Source of the DNA: Escherichia coli | GTDB lineage: Bacteria > Pseudomonadota > Gammaproteobacteria > Enterobacterales > Enterobacteriaceae | DNA length: 64,000 nucleotides | Assembly (NCBI RefSeq): GCF_003018255.1 | Contig: NZ_CP027440.1 | Direction: 5' to 3' (one strand) | Part shown: one piece after another, positions 17,381 through 28,494 of the stretch | Layout: each line of letters begins with the position of its first letter | How positions within the stretch are numbered: position 1 is the first letter of the stretch | Notes under the pieces: model-generated | What the model was told of the DNA's origin: nothing | The model's input: only the letters and a program-made list of their open reading frames with translations | Database searches by the model: none | Made by a program: the position numbers and the translations under genes

Positions 17381-18850
17381 ATGAACAGTCATATCTTTTT
17401 AGTCGGCTTTATTATTTATGCCATCGCCATGATTTGGCTTGGTTGGTTTGTTTCTCGTAATCAGAAAAGCGGAGAAGATTTTCTGCTGGGCGGGCGTTCG
17501 CTGCCGCTGTTTCTGACGCTGGGGTCAACCGTTGCCACGATGGTTGGCACGGGTTCCAGTATGGGGGCAGTGGGCTTTGGCTACAGCAATGGCTGGGCCG
17601 GAATGCTTTATGGCGTCGGTGGAGCCGTAGGTATATTGCTGGTGGCGTGGCTGTTTGCACCGGTACGTAAATTACGTTTTATGACCATGAGTGAAGAACT
17701 CTCTTATTATACTGGCGGTAGTCATTTAATTAAAAATATTGTCGGCCTGATGATATTTATTGCCTCTATTGGCTGGCTGGGGGCGCATATATTAGGTGGA
17801 AGTATGTATCTTGCCTGGGCGACGGGTATTGATCTTACTGTGGCAAAATTAATTATCGCCTTAGCTTTTGCGATTTATGTTATTATCGGCGGTTATTCGG
17901 CGGTAGTGTGGACAGATACTATTCAGGCCCTAATTCTGTTCTTTGGCTTTATATTAATGGCTATTCTTGCCGTTGTTCACGTTGGCGGCTGGAGTGCGAT
18001 TGAGCAGGCGATGGACCCAAAAGCGATGAGCCTGTTTGCGATTGATAAAATGGGCGTGCTGCCTGCGCTTTCGCTGGCACTGGTTATTGGCGTAGGTGTG
18101 CTGGCAACACCGTCTTATCGCCAGCGTATTTACTCGGGTAAAGATGTTCCCTCTGTACGCCGTTCGTTTGTTATTACTGGGGTGTTATATCTGTTCTTCT
18201 CGATTTTGCCTGCCATTATCGGCATGGCGGCGTTCACCATGAACCCAAATCTGGAAAACAGCAACTACGCCTTCTTGTTCGCGACCAGTTTCTTACCTGC
18301 CATTCTTGGGCTGGTGGTGCTGATTGCCGGGCTTTCAGCCACCATGTCTTCTGCCAGCTCCGATGCCATCGCGGCGGTGGCGATTATGATGCGCGACGTC
18401 TACACCATGATTACCGGCAGAATGCCGCCGGAGGACAAGGCCATTACTTACTCACGCTGGATGTTGACCTTTGTTATTGGCCTGGCGCTGGTCTTTGCTC
18501 TGACCTCTAATGACATCATCAGCTACATTACCAAAATGATTTCGATGCTGATGTCCGGGCTGTTTATCTGCTCGATTCTCGGTCGCTTCTGGCTACGCTT
18601 TAACTGGCAGGGCGCGCTGGCGGTGTTAGTGAGCGGTATGGTGATGTCAATTGTGGTGCTGATGAATGCCGACTGGCTGGCTTACTGGGGTAACCCGTGT
18701 ATTCCGTCAGTGCTGGGCAGCCTGGTCGCTGGCGTACTGGTGACGTTGGTAACGCCAGCAAGTCAGGTCAGCCGGGAAGAAGCTTTGGCGATTATCACCA
18801 ATGAGCGTGAAAACCAGAGTGTCGTGATCACCAAACCTGAAGAAGCATAA
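17381..18850 (+). CDS. Sodium:solute symporter (SSS) family transporter
   Basis: 489 aa, about 13 TM, with the N-terminal motif EDFLLGGRSLP typical of PutP/PanF-type SSS carriers. Confidence 0.8.
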   Translation: MNSHIFLVGFIIYAIAMIWLGWFVSRNQKSGEDFLLGGRSLPLFLTLGSTVATMVGTGSSMGAVGFGYSNGWAGMLYGVGGAVGILLVAWLFAPVRKLRFMTMSEELSYYTGGSHLIKNIVGLMIFIASIGWLGAHILGGSMYLAWATGIDLTVAKLIIALAFAIYVIIGGYSAVVWTDTIQALILFFGFILMAILAVVHVGGWSAIEQAMDPKAMSLFAIDKMGVLPALSLALVIGVGVLATPSYRQRIYSGKDVPSVRRSFVITGVLYLFFSILPAIIGMAAFTMNPNLENSNYAFLFATSFLPAILGLVVLIAGLSATMSSASSDAIAAVAIMMRDVYTMITGRMPPEDKAITYSRWMLTFVIGLALVFALTSNDIISYITKMISMLMSGLFICSILGRFWLRFNWQGALAVLVSGMVMSIVVLMNADWLAYWGNPCIPSVLGSLVAGVLVTLVTPASQVSREEALAIITNERENQSVVITKPEEA

Positions 18851-18859
18851 CCAACAATG

Positions 18860-19765
18860 CTAATCGCCAAGTGGCTGGCGGTTAGCGCCCCCACGGTGGC
18901 TGTCTAACACCAGTTTTATCCGCCGCAGGCGATCTTTCGCCTGCGCTTTATTTGCCATTGCCAGTTCTGTTGCCAGTACATCGACCATGGCTAACATCGC
19001 GTAGCGGGAAGGGGTGGGCTTAAAGATGTAATCACTTTCCTGAACCAGTAACGGCAATACCAGATCCACCTGTTCCGCCAGCGGTGTTTGTGCTGGTGTA
19101 ATGGCAATAACACGCGCGCCATACTGACGGGCGATTGCCGCACTTTCGATGATTTCCGGTGTATAACCGCCCAGCGACAGTACAATCACCACATCCTGCG
19201 GCATCACTGCCGAGCACATCATTCTCATCATCAGGGCATCATTCTGACTGACCACCGGTAGCCCCAGACGGAATAAACGGTACTGAATCTCCTGTGAACA
19301 GATGGTGGAACCGCCGCCAGTTCCCAATGCAAGAATTTGCCGCGCCTGACTTAACCAGCTTACAGCCTGGCTGATGGCATTCATATCCAGCGAACGACGA
19401 TGCGTTTCCAGCACGCTAATAATCGCTTCGTAGATCCCCTGAACACCGTCAAGATCCGGTACATCGAGAATAAACCGCTGCCCGACAGCCAGTGACTGCG
19501 CCAGTTTGACTTTCAACTCGCGGACATCTTTGCACCCCAGTGCACGGGCAAAACGCGTCACCGACGCCTGACTGGTTTGCGTTAACCGCGCCAGCTCAGC
19601 AATGGGCAGTTCCACCGCGGCGGGGACATCATCAAGAATAAATTGTGCGATACGCTTTTCAGTGGCGGTTAACGCCATAAACCGTTCGGTAATACAGGAG
19701 ATGATATCGATGCTATAAGCCATAGGAGTATCACTGGTTCGAAGAAGATTGATACTTTGTACCAT
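18860..19765 (-). CDS. RpiR/MurR-family regulator (HTH plus SIS domain)
   Basis: LTATEKRIAQFILDD ... HTH_6-like N-terminus, with a SIS domain (ILALGTGGGSTICSQE). The start is uncertain: 19765, 19723 or 19678. Confidence 0.8.
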   Translation of the reverse strand: MVQSINLLRTSDTPMAYSIDIISCITERFMALTATEKRIAQFILDDVPAAVELPIAELARLTQTSQASVTRFARALGCKDVRELKVKLAQSLAVGQRFILDVPDLDGVQGIYEAIISVLETHRRSLDMNAISQAVSWLSQARQILALGTGGGSTICSQEIQYRLFRLGLPVVSQNDALMMRMMCSAVMPQDVVIVLSLGGYTPEIIESAAIARQYGARVIAITPAQTPLAEQVDLVLPLLVQESDYIFKPTPSRYAMLAMVDVLATELAMANKAQAKDRLRRIKLVLDSHRGGANRQPLGD

Positions 19766-19846
19766 AAACTGCCGCTATAGAGTGTGACCCTCACAAAAAA
19801 CGCAAGTTTGCTGCAACAAAAGCAGTGCCGACGCTTTTCCACAGCA

Positions 19847-19873
19847 TAAAGTTTTCCACCACCAGGCCGACAA
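19847..19873 (+). promoter_or_regulatory. Sigma-28 (FliA) promoter of tsr
   Basis: TAAAGTTT-N11-GCCGACAA against the consensus TAAAGTTT-N11-GCCGATAA, about 30 bp upstream of the tsr start. Confidence 0.75.
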
Positions 19874-19904
19874 CCAGTGTATCTGTCTAGTGGAAAGAGA
19901 AACC

Positions 19905-21569
19905 ATGTTAAAACGTATCAAGATCGTGACCAGCTTACTGCTGGTTTTGGCCGTTTTTGGCCTTTTACAACTGACATCAGGCGGTCTGTTCTTTAATGCC
20001 TTAAAGAATGACAAAGAAAATTTCACTGTTTTACAAACCATTCGCCAGCAGCAATCCACGCTGAATGGCAGCTGGGTTGCGTTGTTGCAGACGCGTAACA
20101 CCCTCAACCGCGCGGGTATCCGCTACATGATGGATCAGAATAATATTGGTAGCGGTTCAACCGTTGCTGAGCTGATGCAGAGTGCCAGTATTTCGCTGAA
20201 ACAGGCGGAAAAAAACTGGGCGGATTACGAAGCGTTGCCGCGTGACCCGCGTCAGAGCACCGCCGCAGCGTCAGAGATCAAACGTAATTACGATATTTAT
20301 CACAATGCGCTGGCGGAGCTGATCCAACTGTTAGGTGCAGGCAAAATCAACGAGTTCTTTGATCAACCGACCCAGGGATATCAGGACGGTTTCGAGAAGC
20401 AGTATGTGGCTTACATGGAGCAAAACGATCGGCTCTATGATATCGCCGTCAGCGATAACAATGCCTCCTACAGCCAGGCGATGTGGATTCTGGTAGGCGT
20501 GATGATCGTCGTACTGGCGGTCATCCTCGCCGTCTGGTTCGGTATTAAAGCCTCGCTGGTCGCGCCAATGAATCGCCTGATTGACAGCATTCGTCATATT
20601 GCAGGCGGCGATCTGGTGAAACCGATTGAGGTGGATGGCTCTAATGAGATGGGGCAACTGGCAGAGAGTTTGCGCCATATGCAGGGAGAGCTGATGCGTA
20701 CCGTCGGTGATGTGCGCAACGGGGCCAATGCCATCTATAGCGGTGCCAGCGAAATCGCCACCGGCAATAACGATCTCTCTTCGCGCACCGAGCAACAGGC
20801 CGCTTCGCTGGAAGAGACGGCAGCCAGCATGGAGCAACTGACCGCAACGGTGAAGCAGAACGCCGAAAATGCGCGTCAGGCCAGCCACCTGGCGTTAAGT
20901 GCTTCCGAAACGGCGCAACGCGGCGGCAAAGTGGTGGATAACGTGGTGCAGACTATGCGCGATATCTCCACCAGTTCGCAGAAAATCGCCGATATTATCA
21001 GCGTAATTGACGGTATTGCCTTCCAGACCAATATTCTGGCTTTGAACGCGGCGGTTGAAGCAGCGCGCGCGGGTGAGCAAGGGCGCGGTTTTGCGGTGGT
21101 TGCGGGAGAAGTGCGTAATCTGGCCCAGCGTAGCGCTCAGGCTGCTCGTGAAATTAAAAGCCTGATTGAAGACTCGGTGGGGAAAGTGGATGTTGGCTCT
21201 ACGCTGGTCGAAAGCGCCGGGGAAACAATGGCGGAGATTGTCAGTGCCGTGACCCGCGTGACGGACATTATGGGCGAAATTGCTTCTGCTTCTGATGAGC
21301 AGAGCCGTGGTATCGATCAGGTTGGCTTAGCGGTTGCTGAGATGGACCGGGTAACCCAACAAAACGCCGCGCTGGTGGAAGAATCTGCCGCTGCCGCCGC
21401 CGCGCTGGAAGAGCAGGCCAGTCGCCTGACCGAAGCAGTGGCAGTGTTCCGGATTCAGCAACAGCAGCAACAGCAGCGTGAAACATCGGCTGTAGTAAAA
21501 ACCGTGACGCCAGCTACGCCGCGTAAAATGGCCGTGGCAGATAGCGGCGAGAATTGGGAAACGTTTTAA
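19905..21569 (+). CDS. tsr: Serine chemoreceptor (MCP I)
   Basis: [22 protein letters not shown]..., with the HAMP and MCP signalling domains and a C-terminal NWETF pentapeptide. 554 aa from ATG 19905. Confidence 0.95.
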   Translation: MLKRIKIVTSLLLVLAVFGLLQLTSGGLFFNALKNDKENFTVLQTIRQQQSTLNGSWVALLQTRNTLNRAGIRYMMDQNNIGSGSTVAELMQSASISLKQAEKNWADYEALPRDPRQSTAAASEIKRNYDIYHNALAELIQLLGAGKINEFFDQPTQGYQDGFEKQYVAYMEQNDRLYDIAVSDNNASYSQAMWILVGVMIVVLAVILAVWFGIKASLVAPMNRLIDSIRHIAGGDLVKPIEVDGSNEMGQLAESLRHMQGELMRTVGDVRNGANAIYSGASEIATGNNDLSSRTEQQAASLEETAASMEQLTATVKQNAENARQASHLALSASETAQRGGKVVDNVVQTMRDISTSSQKIADIISVIDGIAFQTNILALNAAVEAARAGEQGRGFAVVAGEVRNLAQRSAQAAREIKSLIEDSVGKVDVGSTLVESAGETMAEIVSAVTRVTDIMGEIASASDEQSRGIDQVGLAVAEMDRVTQQNAALVEESAAAAAALEEQASRLTEAVAVFRIQQQQQQQRETSAVVKTVTPATPRKMAVADSGENWETF

Positions 21570-21580
21570 TCGCCATAAAA

Positions 21581-21610
21581 ATGCCCGATAAGCAAAATGT
21601 TATCGGGCAT
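21581..21610. terminator. Bidirectional terminator between tsr and lgoT
   Basis: ATGCCCGATAA pairs with TTATCGGGCAT across an 8-nt loop. It is flanked by A-runs upstream, between convergent genes. Confidence 0.7.
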
Positions 21611-21617
21611 AGGGAGT

Positions 21618-22979
21618 TTAATCTTTACGCGGGTCGTTGATCGGCTGACGAACCAGGAAGATGTACGCCAGTGCCCCCGCTGCGGTGACGCAACCGCAGA
21701 TGATTAGTGCCAGACGGAATGAGTGGGTGGTATCAACAATAAAACCAGTAATGATCGGCGCGAAAGAGGCGCAGATGAAGCTGGCAAAGTTCTGGATACT
21801 GCCCACCGACGCCGTCATGCGAGAAGCAACTGCGACGTGGATCAAGCCCCAGCAGGATGTTCCGGCAAAGTGAATACAAAACAGTGCCATGCCAATCAGC
21901 AGAACCGCTGTCATGGATGTTGTCGCTTGCGGTACGACCAGCGTAAAGGCGGCAGAACAGAACATCCCGGCAATAATGCAGATCTTACGGCTTTTAATCG
22001 GAGCCATTCCCCCTTTGACCAGCCAGTCGGTAACGTAACCGTTGACCAGCATCCCGGCAGCCCCAAACAGGAAAGGGATAGCCGCCATCAACCCTGTGCT
22101 TTTTAAATCCAGGTTATAGGCTGTTTGCAGGTAACCAGGAAGCCAGGCCAGATACAGCCACGCAGTGTAGTTGATGCCACTGAATCCGATCATCATTCCC
22201 CACATTGTGCGGTTACGGAACAGGCTGCGCCATTCGGCAAAACTGAGCGGATCTCGGCGGGCATTGACGCTACCAGCATTGAGGTAAGCTTGTTCAACGG
22301 CAGTCAGTTCTACGTGCTCGCGGTTGCGATAGAGCATATACCAGCCAATGGCGAGAAAAATCCCCAGCACACCAATGGTAATAAACATCCCACGCCAGCC
22401 CATCACCAGCATCATCGCCGCCAGAATCGGTGGGCTTACGGCAACGCCAATAGTAGAAGCTGCGTTGAAGAAGCCCATCGGGCGTCCGCGCTCTTTGATG
22501 TTGAACCAGTCGTTAATGACTTTTACACCGCATGGGTTCATCGGCGCTTCACCAATCCCCATACCGATACGCACCAACACGAACTGCGTAAAGCTGTGCA
22601 CCATGCCAGACATGGCCTGGAACAGTGACCAGAAGAACATCCCCAGTCCCAGCATCAGGCGTGGGCCTTTACGATCCAATAGTGGGCCGCAAGGAAGTTG
22701 CGCAATCCCGTAAGCGAGTGAAAACACGGAGAGCAAAGCGCCGATTTCGGTAGCACTTAATCCCAATTCTTCACGAATCGTTAAATTTGCAACCGACAGC
22801 GAACTGCGGTCGAGATAATTGATTACCGCCGCAAAAAATAATAACAACATGGCGGTGGTTTGAATGCGTTTAATTCGGGTACTGCGTTGAACTAATCCAT
22901 CTGGTGGCACGGGAATATCTGCCGACGAAGATGGAGTAAATGAAGAACGCGGATCGAGGGTGATATTTTCTTTTTCCAC
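21618..22979 (-). CDS. lgoT: MFS L-galactonate:H+ symporter
   Basis: 453 aa MFS protein matching K-12 YjjL/LgoT (memory), with the lgoR/lgoD context. Confidence 0.9.
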   Translation of the reverse strand: MEKENITLDPRSSFTPSSSADIPVPPDGLVQRSTRIKRIQTTAMLLLFFAAVINYLDRSSLSVANLTIREELGLSATEIGALLSVFSLAYGIAQLPCGPLLDRKGPRLMLGLGMFFWSLFQAMSGMVHSFTQFVLVRIGMGIGEAPMNPCGVKVINDWFNIKERGRPMGFFNAASTIGVAVSPPILAAMMLVMGWRGMFITIGVLGIFLAIGWYMLYRNREHVELTAVEQAYLNAGSVNARRDPLSFAEWRSLFRNRTMWGMMIGFSGINYTAWLYLAWLPGYLQTAYNLDLKSTGLMAAIPFLFGAAGMLVNGYVTDWLVKGGMAPIKSRKICIIAGMFCSAAFTLVVPQATTSMTAVLLIGMALFCIHFAGTSCWGLIHVAVASRMTASVGSIQNFASFICASFAPIITGFIVDTTHSFRLALIICGCVTAAGALAYIFLVRQPINDPRKD

Positions 22980-23193
22980 GCCGGACTCCTGTATTTATAA
23001 TTTTAATTGTTTACGTAATTGTGCATTACGCAAGGTTGACATTAACGGCAGGTTAAAGTTTTAGGACTTTACTACCGCTCACAAAAACATTTTTAGTCGA
23101 CTGATTGTGAGCATAGGTAAGCGGGAATTTCCCGGTATTTATCTTTTGATAAAACCGTGCACCCGCTAATAGTTTGCTGTTTTTAATCCGTAC

Positions 23194-24108
23194 TTAATGA
23201 GCATAACGCGTGTTCTCATTAATGGATCGAATCATTGATTGTTTAGCTGAATTCAAATGGTTACGGAGCGCAAGGGTGGCATCAAGGTCACTGCGGCAAA
23301 TCAGAGCACTGAGAATGGTCATATGCTCATCGACGGCAATGATATTGCGCTGTTTAAGATCGCTTTCGTCCCATTGATAGTGAAAATGAAAGATGACTGA
23401 GATGATCTCAAGCGATTGATCAAAAAAGATATTGTCGGCAGCTGAAAGCAGTAAGGAGTGAAAATCTCTGTCAAGTTGCGAGAACATGCGAAAGCTATTG
23501 CCGATGTTGTCACGCAGTAGCCGATGACGTTCGAGCATGGTTTTCGCCTGCAGCCAGCGGGGATCATGATCAGGCAGGTTGAGAAAGTGCTGAAGTGAAT
23601 GTGTTTCGAGCATTTCGCGTAGCTCAAACAGCTGCTCGGCGTAGGATTGATCGAATTGCTTCATGCTCCACTGGCCGCGCTTTTCGCTTTGAATAAGATT
23701 ATAACGGCCGAATTTTAAAAGATATTCTCTTACAACCACCGGGCTGACACCCGCGGCCCGCGCCAGTTGCAGTTCAGAAAAAGTTTCCCCAGGGCGTAAC
23801 TGACGCTGGTTTATCATCGTGAAAAAAGCCTGCTCAAACACTTTGTTTTGTTCACTCATTGAAGCGGTAGTACAGGCGAAACCGTCATCATGGTCAGGTT
23901 TACGCGCAATAACATAGTCGTTTCCAACCTGCGTTAAGACGCCGCATTCGCGTAAGTGGCTGAGAATATGACGCACTGTAGTGCGGCTGATGTTGTACAT
24001 TTCCGCCAGCGCACTTTGCGATGGAAGTGGGGAAGGGATATGACCCCGCGCCATATCATCAATGACCTGGTTAATCACATTGTGGCGTAAATTTTGTGAA
24101 CGACTCAT
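23194..24108 (-). CDS. lgoR: GntR-family regulator of L-galactonate catabolism
   Basis: 304 aa. Its N-terminal GntR HTH is LPSQSALAEMYNISRTTVRHIL. It matches K-12 YjjM. Confidence 0.9.
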   Translation of the reverse strand: MSRSQNLRHNVINQVIDDMARGHIPSPLPSQSALAEMYNISRTTVRHILSHLRECGVLTQVGNDYVIARKPDHDDGFACTTASMSEQNKVFEQAFFTMINQRQLRPGETFSELQLARAAGVSPVVVREYLLKFGRYNLIQSEKRGQWSMKQFDQSYAEQLFELREMLETHSLQHFLNLPDHDPRWLQAKTMLERHRLLRDNIGNSFRMFSQLDRDFHSLLLSAADNIFFDQSLEIISVIFHFHYQWDESDLKQRNIIAVDEHMTILSALICRSDLDATLALRNHLNSAKQSMIRSINENTRYAH

Positions 24109-24246
24109 ATTTTCCTCCTTGTGAGTCCATTAAAACCCGATTTAAAACATTTTTATGCGTGTGTTTTCACAAAACAGATTTTCCGTTCCGCTGCCATTTT
24201 TCATTTTCATTGATATCTAAGGCAACAAAAAATGGAGAGCCGAATC

Positions 24247-25269
24247 ATGTCTACGATGAATGTTTTAATTTGCCAGCAGCCGAAAGAATTAGTCTGGAAA
24301 CAACGCGAGATACCTATTCCGGGTGACAATGAAGCATTAATAAAAATTAAGTCTGTCGGGATTTGCGGTACCGATATACATGCCTGGGGTGGAAATCAAC
24401 CATTTTTTAGTTATCCACGTGTTTTAGGCCATGAAATATGTGGGGAGATTGTTGGGCTGGGTAAAAATATTGCTGATCTTAAAAATGGTCAGCAAGTTGC
24501 TGTGATCCCTTATGTTGCCTGTCAGCAATGCCCTGCATGTAAAAGCGGTCGTACCAATTGCTGTGAAAAAATTTCAGTTATTGGCGTGCATCAGGATGGT
24601 GGTTTTAGTGAGTATTTGAGCGTGCCGGTGGAGAACATTTTGCCCGCAGACGGTATTGACCCGCAGGCGGCAGCATTGATTGAACCTTTCGCTATTAGCG
24701 CTCATGCGGTGCGTCGCGCAGCCATTGCTCCCGGCGAGCAGGTGCTGGTGGTCGGGGCGGGGCCAATCGGTCTGGGCGCGGCGGCAATCGCTAAAGCCGA
24801 TGGCGCACAGGTGGTAGTGGCGGATACCAGTCCGGCGCGCCGTGAACATGTGGCAACGCGTCTGGAATTACCTGTACTGGACCCGTCAGCCGAAGATTTT
24901 GACGCGCAGCTGCGGGCGCAGTTTGGTGGTTCGCTGGCGCAGAAAGTGATCGACGCGACAGGTAATCAACATGCGATGAATAACACCGTAAATCTGATTC
25001 GTCACGGCGGCACGGTGGTATTTGTCGGTCTGTTTAAAGGTGAGTTGCAGTTCTCCGATCCGGAATTCCATAAAAAAGAAACGACGATGATGGGCAGCCG
25101 CAACGCCACGCCGGAAGATTTCGCTAAAGTCGGTCGATTGATGGCGGAAGGGAAAATCACTGCCGACATGATGTTAACCCATCGCTACCCGTTCGCCACG
25201 CTGGCAGAAACCTACGAACGTGATGTGATTAACAATCGTGAGTTGATTAAGGGTGTAATTACTTTCTGA
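24247..25269 (+). CDS. lgoD: L-galactonate-5-dehydrogenase (Zn-dependent MDR)
   Basis: MSTMNVLICQQPKELVW ... GICGTDIH ... GHE, 340 aa from ATG 24247, matching K-12 YjjN. Confidence 0.92.
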   Translation: MSTMNVLICQQPKELVWKQREIPIPGDNEALIKIKSVGICGTDIHAWGGNQPFFSYPRVLGHEICGEIVGLGKNIADLKNGQQVAVIPYVACQQCPACKSGRTNCCEKISVIGVHQDGGFSEYLSVPVENILPADGIDPQAAALIEPFAISAHAVRRAAIAPGEQVLVVGAGPIGLGAAAIAKADGAQVVVADTSPARREHVATRLELPVLDPSAEDFDAQLRAQFGGSLAQKVIDATGNQHAMNNTVNLIRHGGTVVFVGLFKGELQFSDPEFHKKETTMMGSRNATPEDFAKVGRLMAEGKITADMMLTHRYPFATLAETYERDVINNRELIKGVITF

Positions 25270-25296
25270 TAAGGCGAGATTATTAAAGTTGCCATG

Positions 25297-25331
25297 CAGC
25301 GTCCGGGGAAGTGTTGGGCGCTGTTTTTTTT
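25297..25331 (+). terminator. lgoD rho-independent terminator
   Basis: CAGCGTCC pairs with GGGCGCTG (one G-U pair), followed by T8-9. Confidence 0.65.
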
Positions 25332-25406
25332 GTTTCTTAATAGTGTGTTGTAAGCCGGAGAAGGCGTGTAGGCCGCACCTTATGCGACCTACACATCAGT
25401 CAGGAA

Positions 25407-27698
25407 TTACCCTTCACGTTCTACCACTTTAATCTCCACCATGCCGATCCCGAGCTTACGCGGCGAGTGTCCGAGGATATTCCCTTCGTTGGTTGAGACA
25501 GGTTCCGGCGGCACAATTACCAGCGTGTCGGCATCGGTTGGGTTATCGAAATGCAGCGTGGTGGTGGTCACTTCATTGCCCAGCACAAGAGTTTGTTCTT
25601 CATTGCCTACGCGTACCGGAATAGGACGGCTGGCGTTATTGCCGTATGCTTTGGCGGTAATCACCAGGTCAAATTTCTTCGGCAGCGGATGCTTGTACTC
25701 GATTTTTACTTCGTCGCCCAGTTGCGCGTTGGACCAGCGGCCCCACGACTCCGGACGGGAAATTCCGCTAAACTGTTTCACCTCTTCTGGCGCACCGGCG
25801 ACGTTAAAGATGAAACTGTCGGCTTTGTAGCGAATATCGTTATCAACAATCTTCAGCGTATCGACATTGCCTTTGTAACGCGCCATGTCGATGACCGTAT
25901 CTTTAAATGCCGTTTTGCCCTTCCATGTTGTTTTGTCAACATGCTGGACAATTTGCTGACCGCCAAGCTGCCCTTGCGAGACACACCAGTCGGTGGAAAG
26001 TGCCAGTTCCGGAGCCCAGAGTTGTGCCATCTTATAGCAACGGTCAACCCAGACGAAATTGTCGCGTGGAGCGAAATCGGCCAGCTGGAAACGCAGCGGT
26101 GCTGAGTATTCGCTTTCCGGCAGCGGTTCCACGCGTTTGTCTGAAACCCGCAACAGCAGCGGCAAACGGAAATGGCTACCCGAGAAGGCAATCATGTTTT
26201 TCTGCTGGTCGATGGTGAACTCTTTCATCTCTTTAGGGAATTTCCACAGGCGGATGATATCTGGCTTCCACGCCAATGTTTTCTCTTTGATATTGAGGAA
26301 GATTTCCGACATCGACTGCCCGGATAAACTGCTACGACCAAGTCCGAGATAGTTATCGCCACCGAGAATGTCCAGCACCGTCGCGCCGTTATCCATCGTG
26401 TTACGCTTCACTGCCAGCGTCTCTTGCTGCGGCTTGTCGCCACGGATGACAAAAAACAGGTTATTGCGATCCTGCTTATTGAGGTATTTCCACGCCGTGT
26501 TGTTCATCGCTAAATGGTCAGAAGAGACGACGATGACGGTATCTTTAAACCACGGTGACGCTTTGATTTTGTTGATAAACGTCGCGATATTCTCCTGACT
26601 GCAACTTACCGCGCTGAATGACTGATTCGGCTTACCGTCAAAATCATATTTTTTGCGGTTACAGGTACGCGAGATAAAACCATCCGGGTGATGGGTATCG
26701 ACTGTCAGGGTAAACAGTGAGAATCGCTGACCTGAGCGGGAAAGCTCTTCAAACTTTTTCCACGCTTCATCGAGAACGGTATCGTCGTAGAATCCCCAGT
26801 CGTTGCGATAGTGCGGGTCGGCCACCACGCTTTTCAGCTCTTCTGAGCCGTATAAGTTGTCGAAGCCGTGCGATTTCAGGAACACATCTTTACCGGCAAA
26901 ACGCAGATTCGCGCCCTGCACGAAATAGTTCTGATAACCCGAGTTTTTCAGGATATCGCCCAGACAGATGTTCTGCGGGAAGAAGCTGGAGACAGAGGCG
27001 GAGGCGTTGCCTTCAAAGGGGGCAAACAGCGGTATGCCACACTGAGAAGCCACCATGCCTGCAATCGTGTAATCCGTTCCCGGCAGCTGCTGCGTGTGGC
27101 TGAAATCCAGGCCTTCATTTTTCAACGCGCCCAGTTCAGGCGTGAGATCCGGGAAAGCTTCGTTATCAAAATAGGTCCGCTCGAGACTTTCGCCGTAGAT
27201 ATAAACCAGGTTGAGTTTCGGGTCAGGGATAGTTTTCGACGGCTCTTTATAATAAGCCGCAAAGTCCGGGTCGCCGTCGCGTGACTGGGATTTCACCAGT
27301 TCCGTTATCTGACGAAATGCCGGGCTGGCATCCACTGAACCCAGCGCCAGTAAGAGTGCCAGCAGGCTGTAACCAAAATGGTGCGGATGATGACGACGAC
27401 GGCGCAGGATCCAGCCCAGCGCACCGAACACTGCCGTCAGCCCCAGCACAATGCCGATACCAGGCAGGATGTATTTGCTGACACCAGCACCGGTCAGGCT
27501 GTTGGTTAAGGTATAGAGAACCGCGTCGTTAATACCATCGCCAGTAAAATAGTCGCTGGCAAACAGGGTGATATTTAAAACGACAAATAGCCCCAGTACC
27601 GTTAATGTGGCTGCAAACCACCAGGTGTTACGTCCCGCTTTCCATGCGTAAATCAGCACAGAGGCGAGAAAAAGGGCGAAAGAGAGTAGTTCTGACAA
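25407..27698 (-). CDS. opgB: Phosphoglycerol transferase I (OPG biosynthesis)
   Basis: 763 aa, [20 protein letters not shown]..., with a sulfatase-fold domain. It matches K-12 MdoB/OpgB. Confidence 0.95.
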   Translation of the reverse strand: MSELLSFALFLASVLIYAWKAGRNTWWFAATLTVLGLFVVLNITLFASDYFTGDGINDAVLYTLTNSLTGAGVSKYILPGIGIVLGLTAVFGALGWILRRRRHHPHHFGYSLLALLLALGSVDASPAFRQITELVKSQSRDGDPDFAAYYKEPSKTIPDPKLNLVYIYGESLERTYFDNEAFPDLTPELGALKNEGLDFSHTQQLPGTDYTIAGMVASQCGIPLFAPFEGNASASVSSFFPQNICLGDILKNSGYQNYFVQGANLRFAGKDVFLKSHGFDNLYGSEELKSVVADPHYRNDWGFYDDTVLDEAWKKFEELSRSGQRFSLFTLTVDTHHPDGFISRTCNRKKYDFDGKPNQSFSAVSCSQENIATFINKIKASPWFKDTVIVVSSDHLAMNNTAWKYLNKQDRNNLFFVIRGDKPQQETLAVKRNTMDNGATVLDILGGDNYLGLGRSSLSGQSMSEIFLNIKEKTLAWKPDIIRLWKFPKEMKEFTIDQQKNMIAFSGSHFRLPLLLRVSDKRVEPLPESEYSAPLRFQLADFAPRDNFVWVDRCYKMAQLWAPELALSTDWCVSQGQLGGQQIVQHVDKTTWKGKTAFKDTVIDMARYKGNVDTLKIVDNDIRYKADSFIFNVAGAPEEVKQFSGISRPESWGRWSNAQLGDEVKIEYKHPLPKKFDLVITAKAYGNNASRPIPVRVGNEEQTLVLGNEVTTTTLHFDNPTDADTLVIVPPEPVSTNEGNILGHSPRKLGIGMVEIKVVEREG

Positions 27699-27951
27699 CG
27701 GGCGATCCTCACTAAACCGGGCCGTTTAGCCAACGTTTAAGCTTTTTGAGAAGCACAATGTAATGGCGTCGCCATATTGCTGCAATTCTAGTGTCAAAAA
27801 AATGCGATGTTGTTAGGAATTAGTTTATAAACAGACTTTTTTGATTACGGTCGCTTCCCGTGTAACAGGGGGAAAACCGTCCAGGAGCAGGGAAAAGGGC
27901 AGGAGAGAGCCGCGTCAGCCGGGTAACAGCTAAAACGCGGCATTTCGCGGT

Positions 27952-28449
27952 TCAGGAAATGAAGTTCAGCCCCTGCTTTAACACCAGATCGCAGGCTTTG
28001 GTTTTCACCTTTTCTGCCAGCGGAGTCGTTCCAATATTATCCAGATTGAGTTGCTGACCATCTTTGGTTTTCAGCAAACCCTGAATGCCATCCAGATAGT
28101 TGGTGTCTTCTTTTTGCTCTTCACTGTTCAGGCCCAGTTTTTCCAGTACCTGATTCTTGATGTTTTCGACATCGGTTACCGAAGCCAGCTTTTGCTTCGC
28201 GCAGTATTGCAGAATGCCTGCGGCATTGTTCATGTTATCTGCGCTTAAGGCCTGGTTTCCGCTGCTAAGCAAGTTAGTTAATGACGCGAGCGACCAACCG
28301 CCTTCCTGTGTCGTGCTGTTTTGGTTGCCAAGTTCGCTGGCGGCGCTGGAGAGCGCATCTTTCCAGGACGCAGCATGCACCCCGGTGGAAATTAATGCGC
28401 TGGCGGCAATGGCACAGCACAGAAGATGTTTAATAGTTTTCATCATCAT
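27952..28449 (-). CDS. yjjA: DUF2501 periplasmic protein
   Basis: Signal peptide MKTIKHLLCCAIAASALISTGVHA. It matches K-12 YjjA. Three consecutive ATGs make the exact start ambiguous. Confidence 0.88.
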   Translation of the reverse strand: MMMKTIKHLLCCAIAASALISTGVHAASWKDALSSAASELGNQNSTTQEGGWSLASLTNLLSSGNQALSADNMNNAAGILQYCAKQKLASVTDVENIKNQVLEKLGLNSEEQKEDTNYLDGIQGLLKTKDGQQLNLDNIGTTPLAEKVKTKACDLVLKQGLNFIS

Positions 28450-28494
28450 TACTCAAGGTGGAATTGTGTCGCAGTATACCGCCAGAAACGGGGA

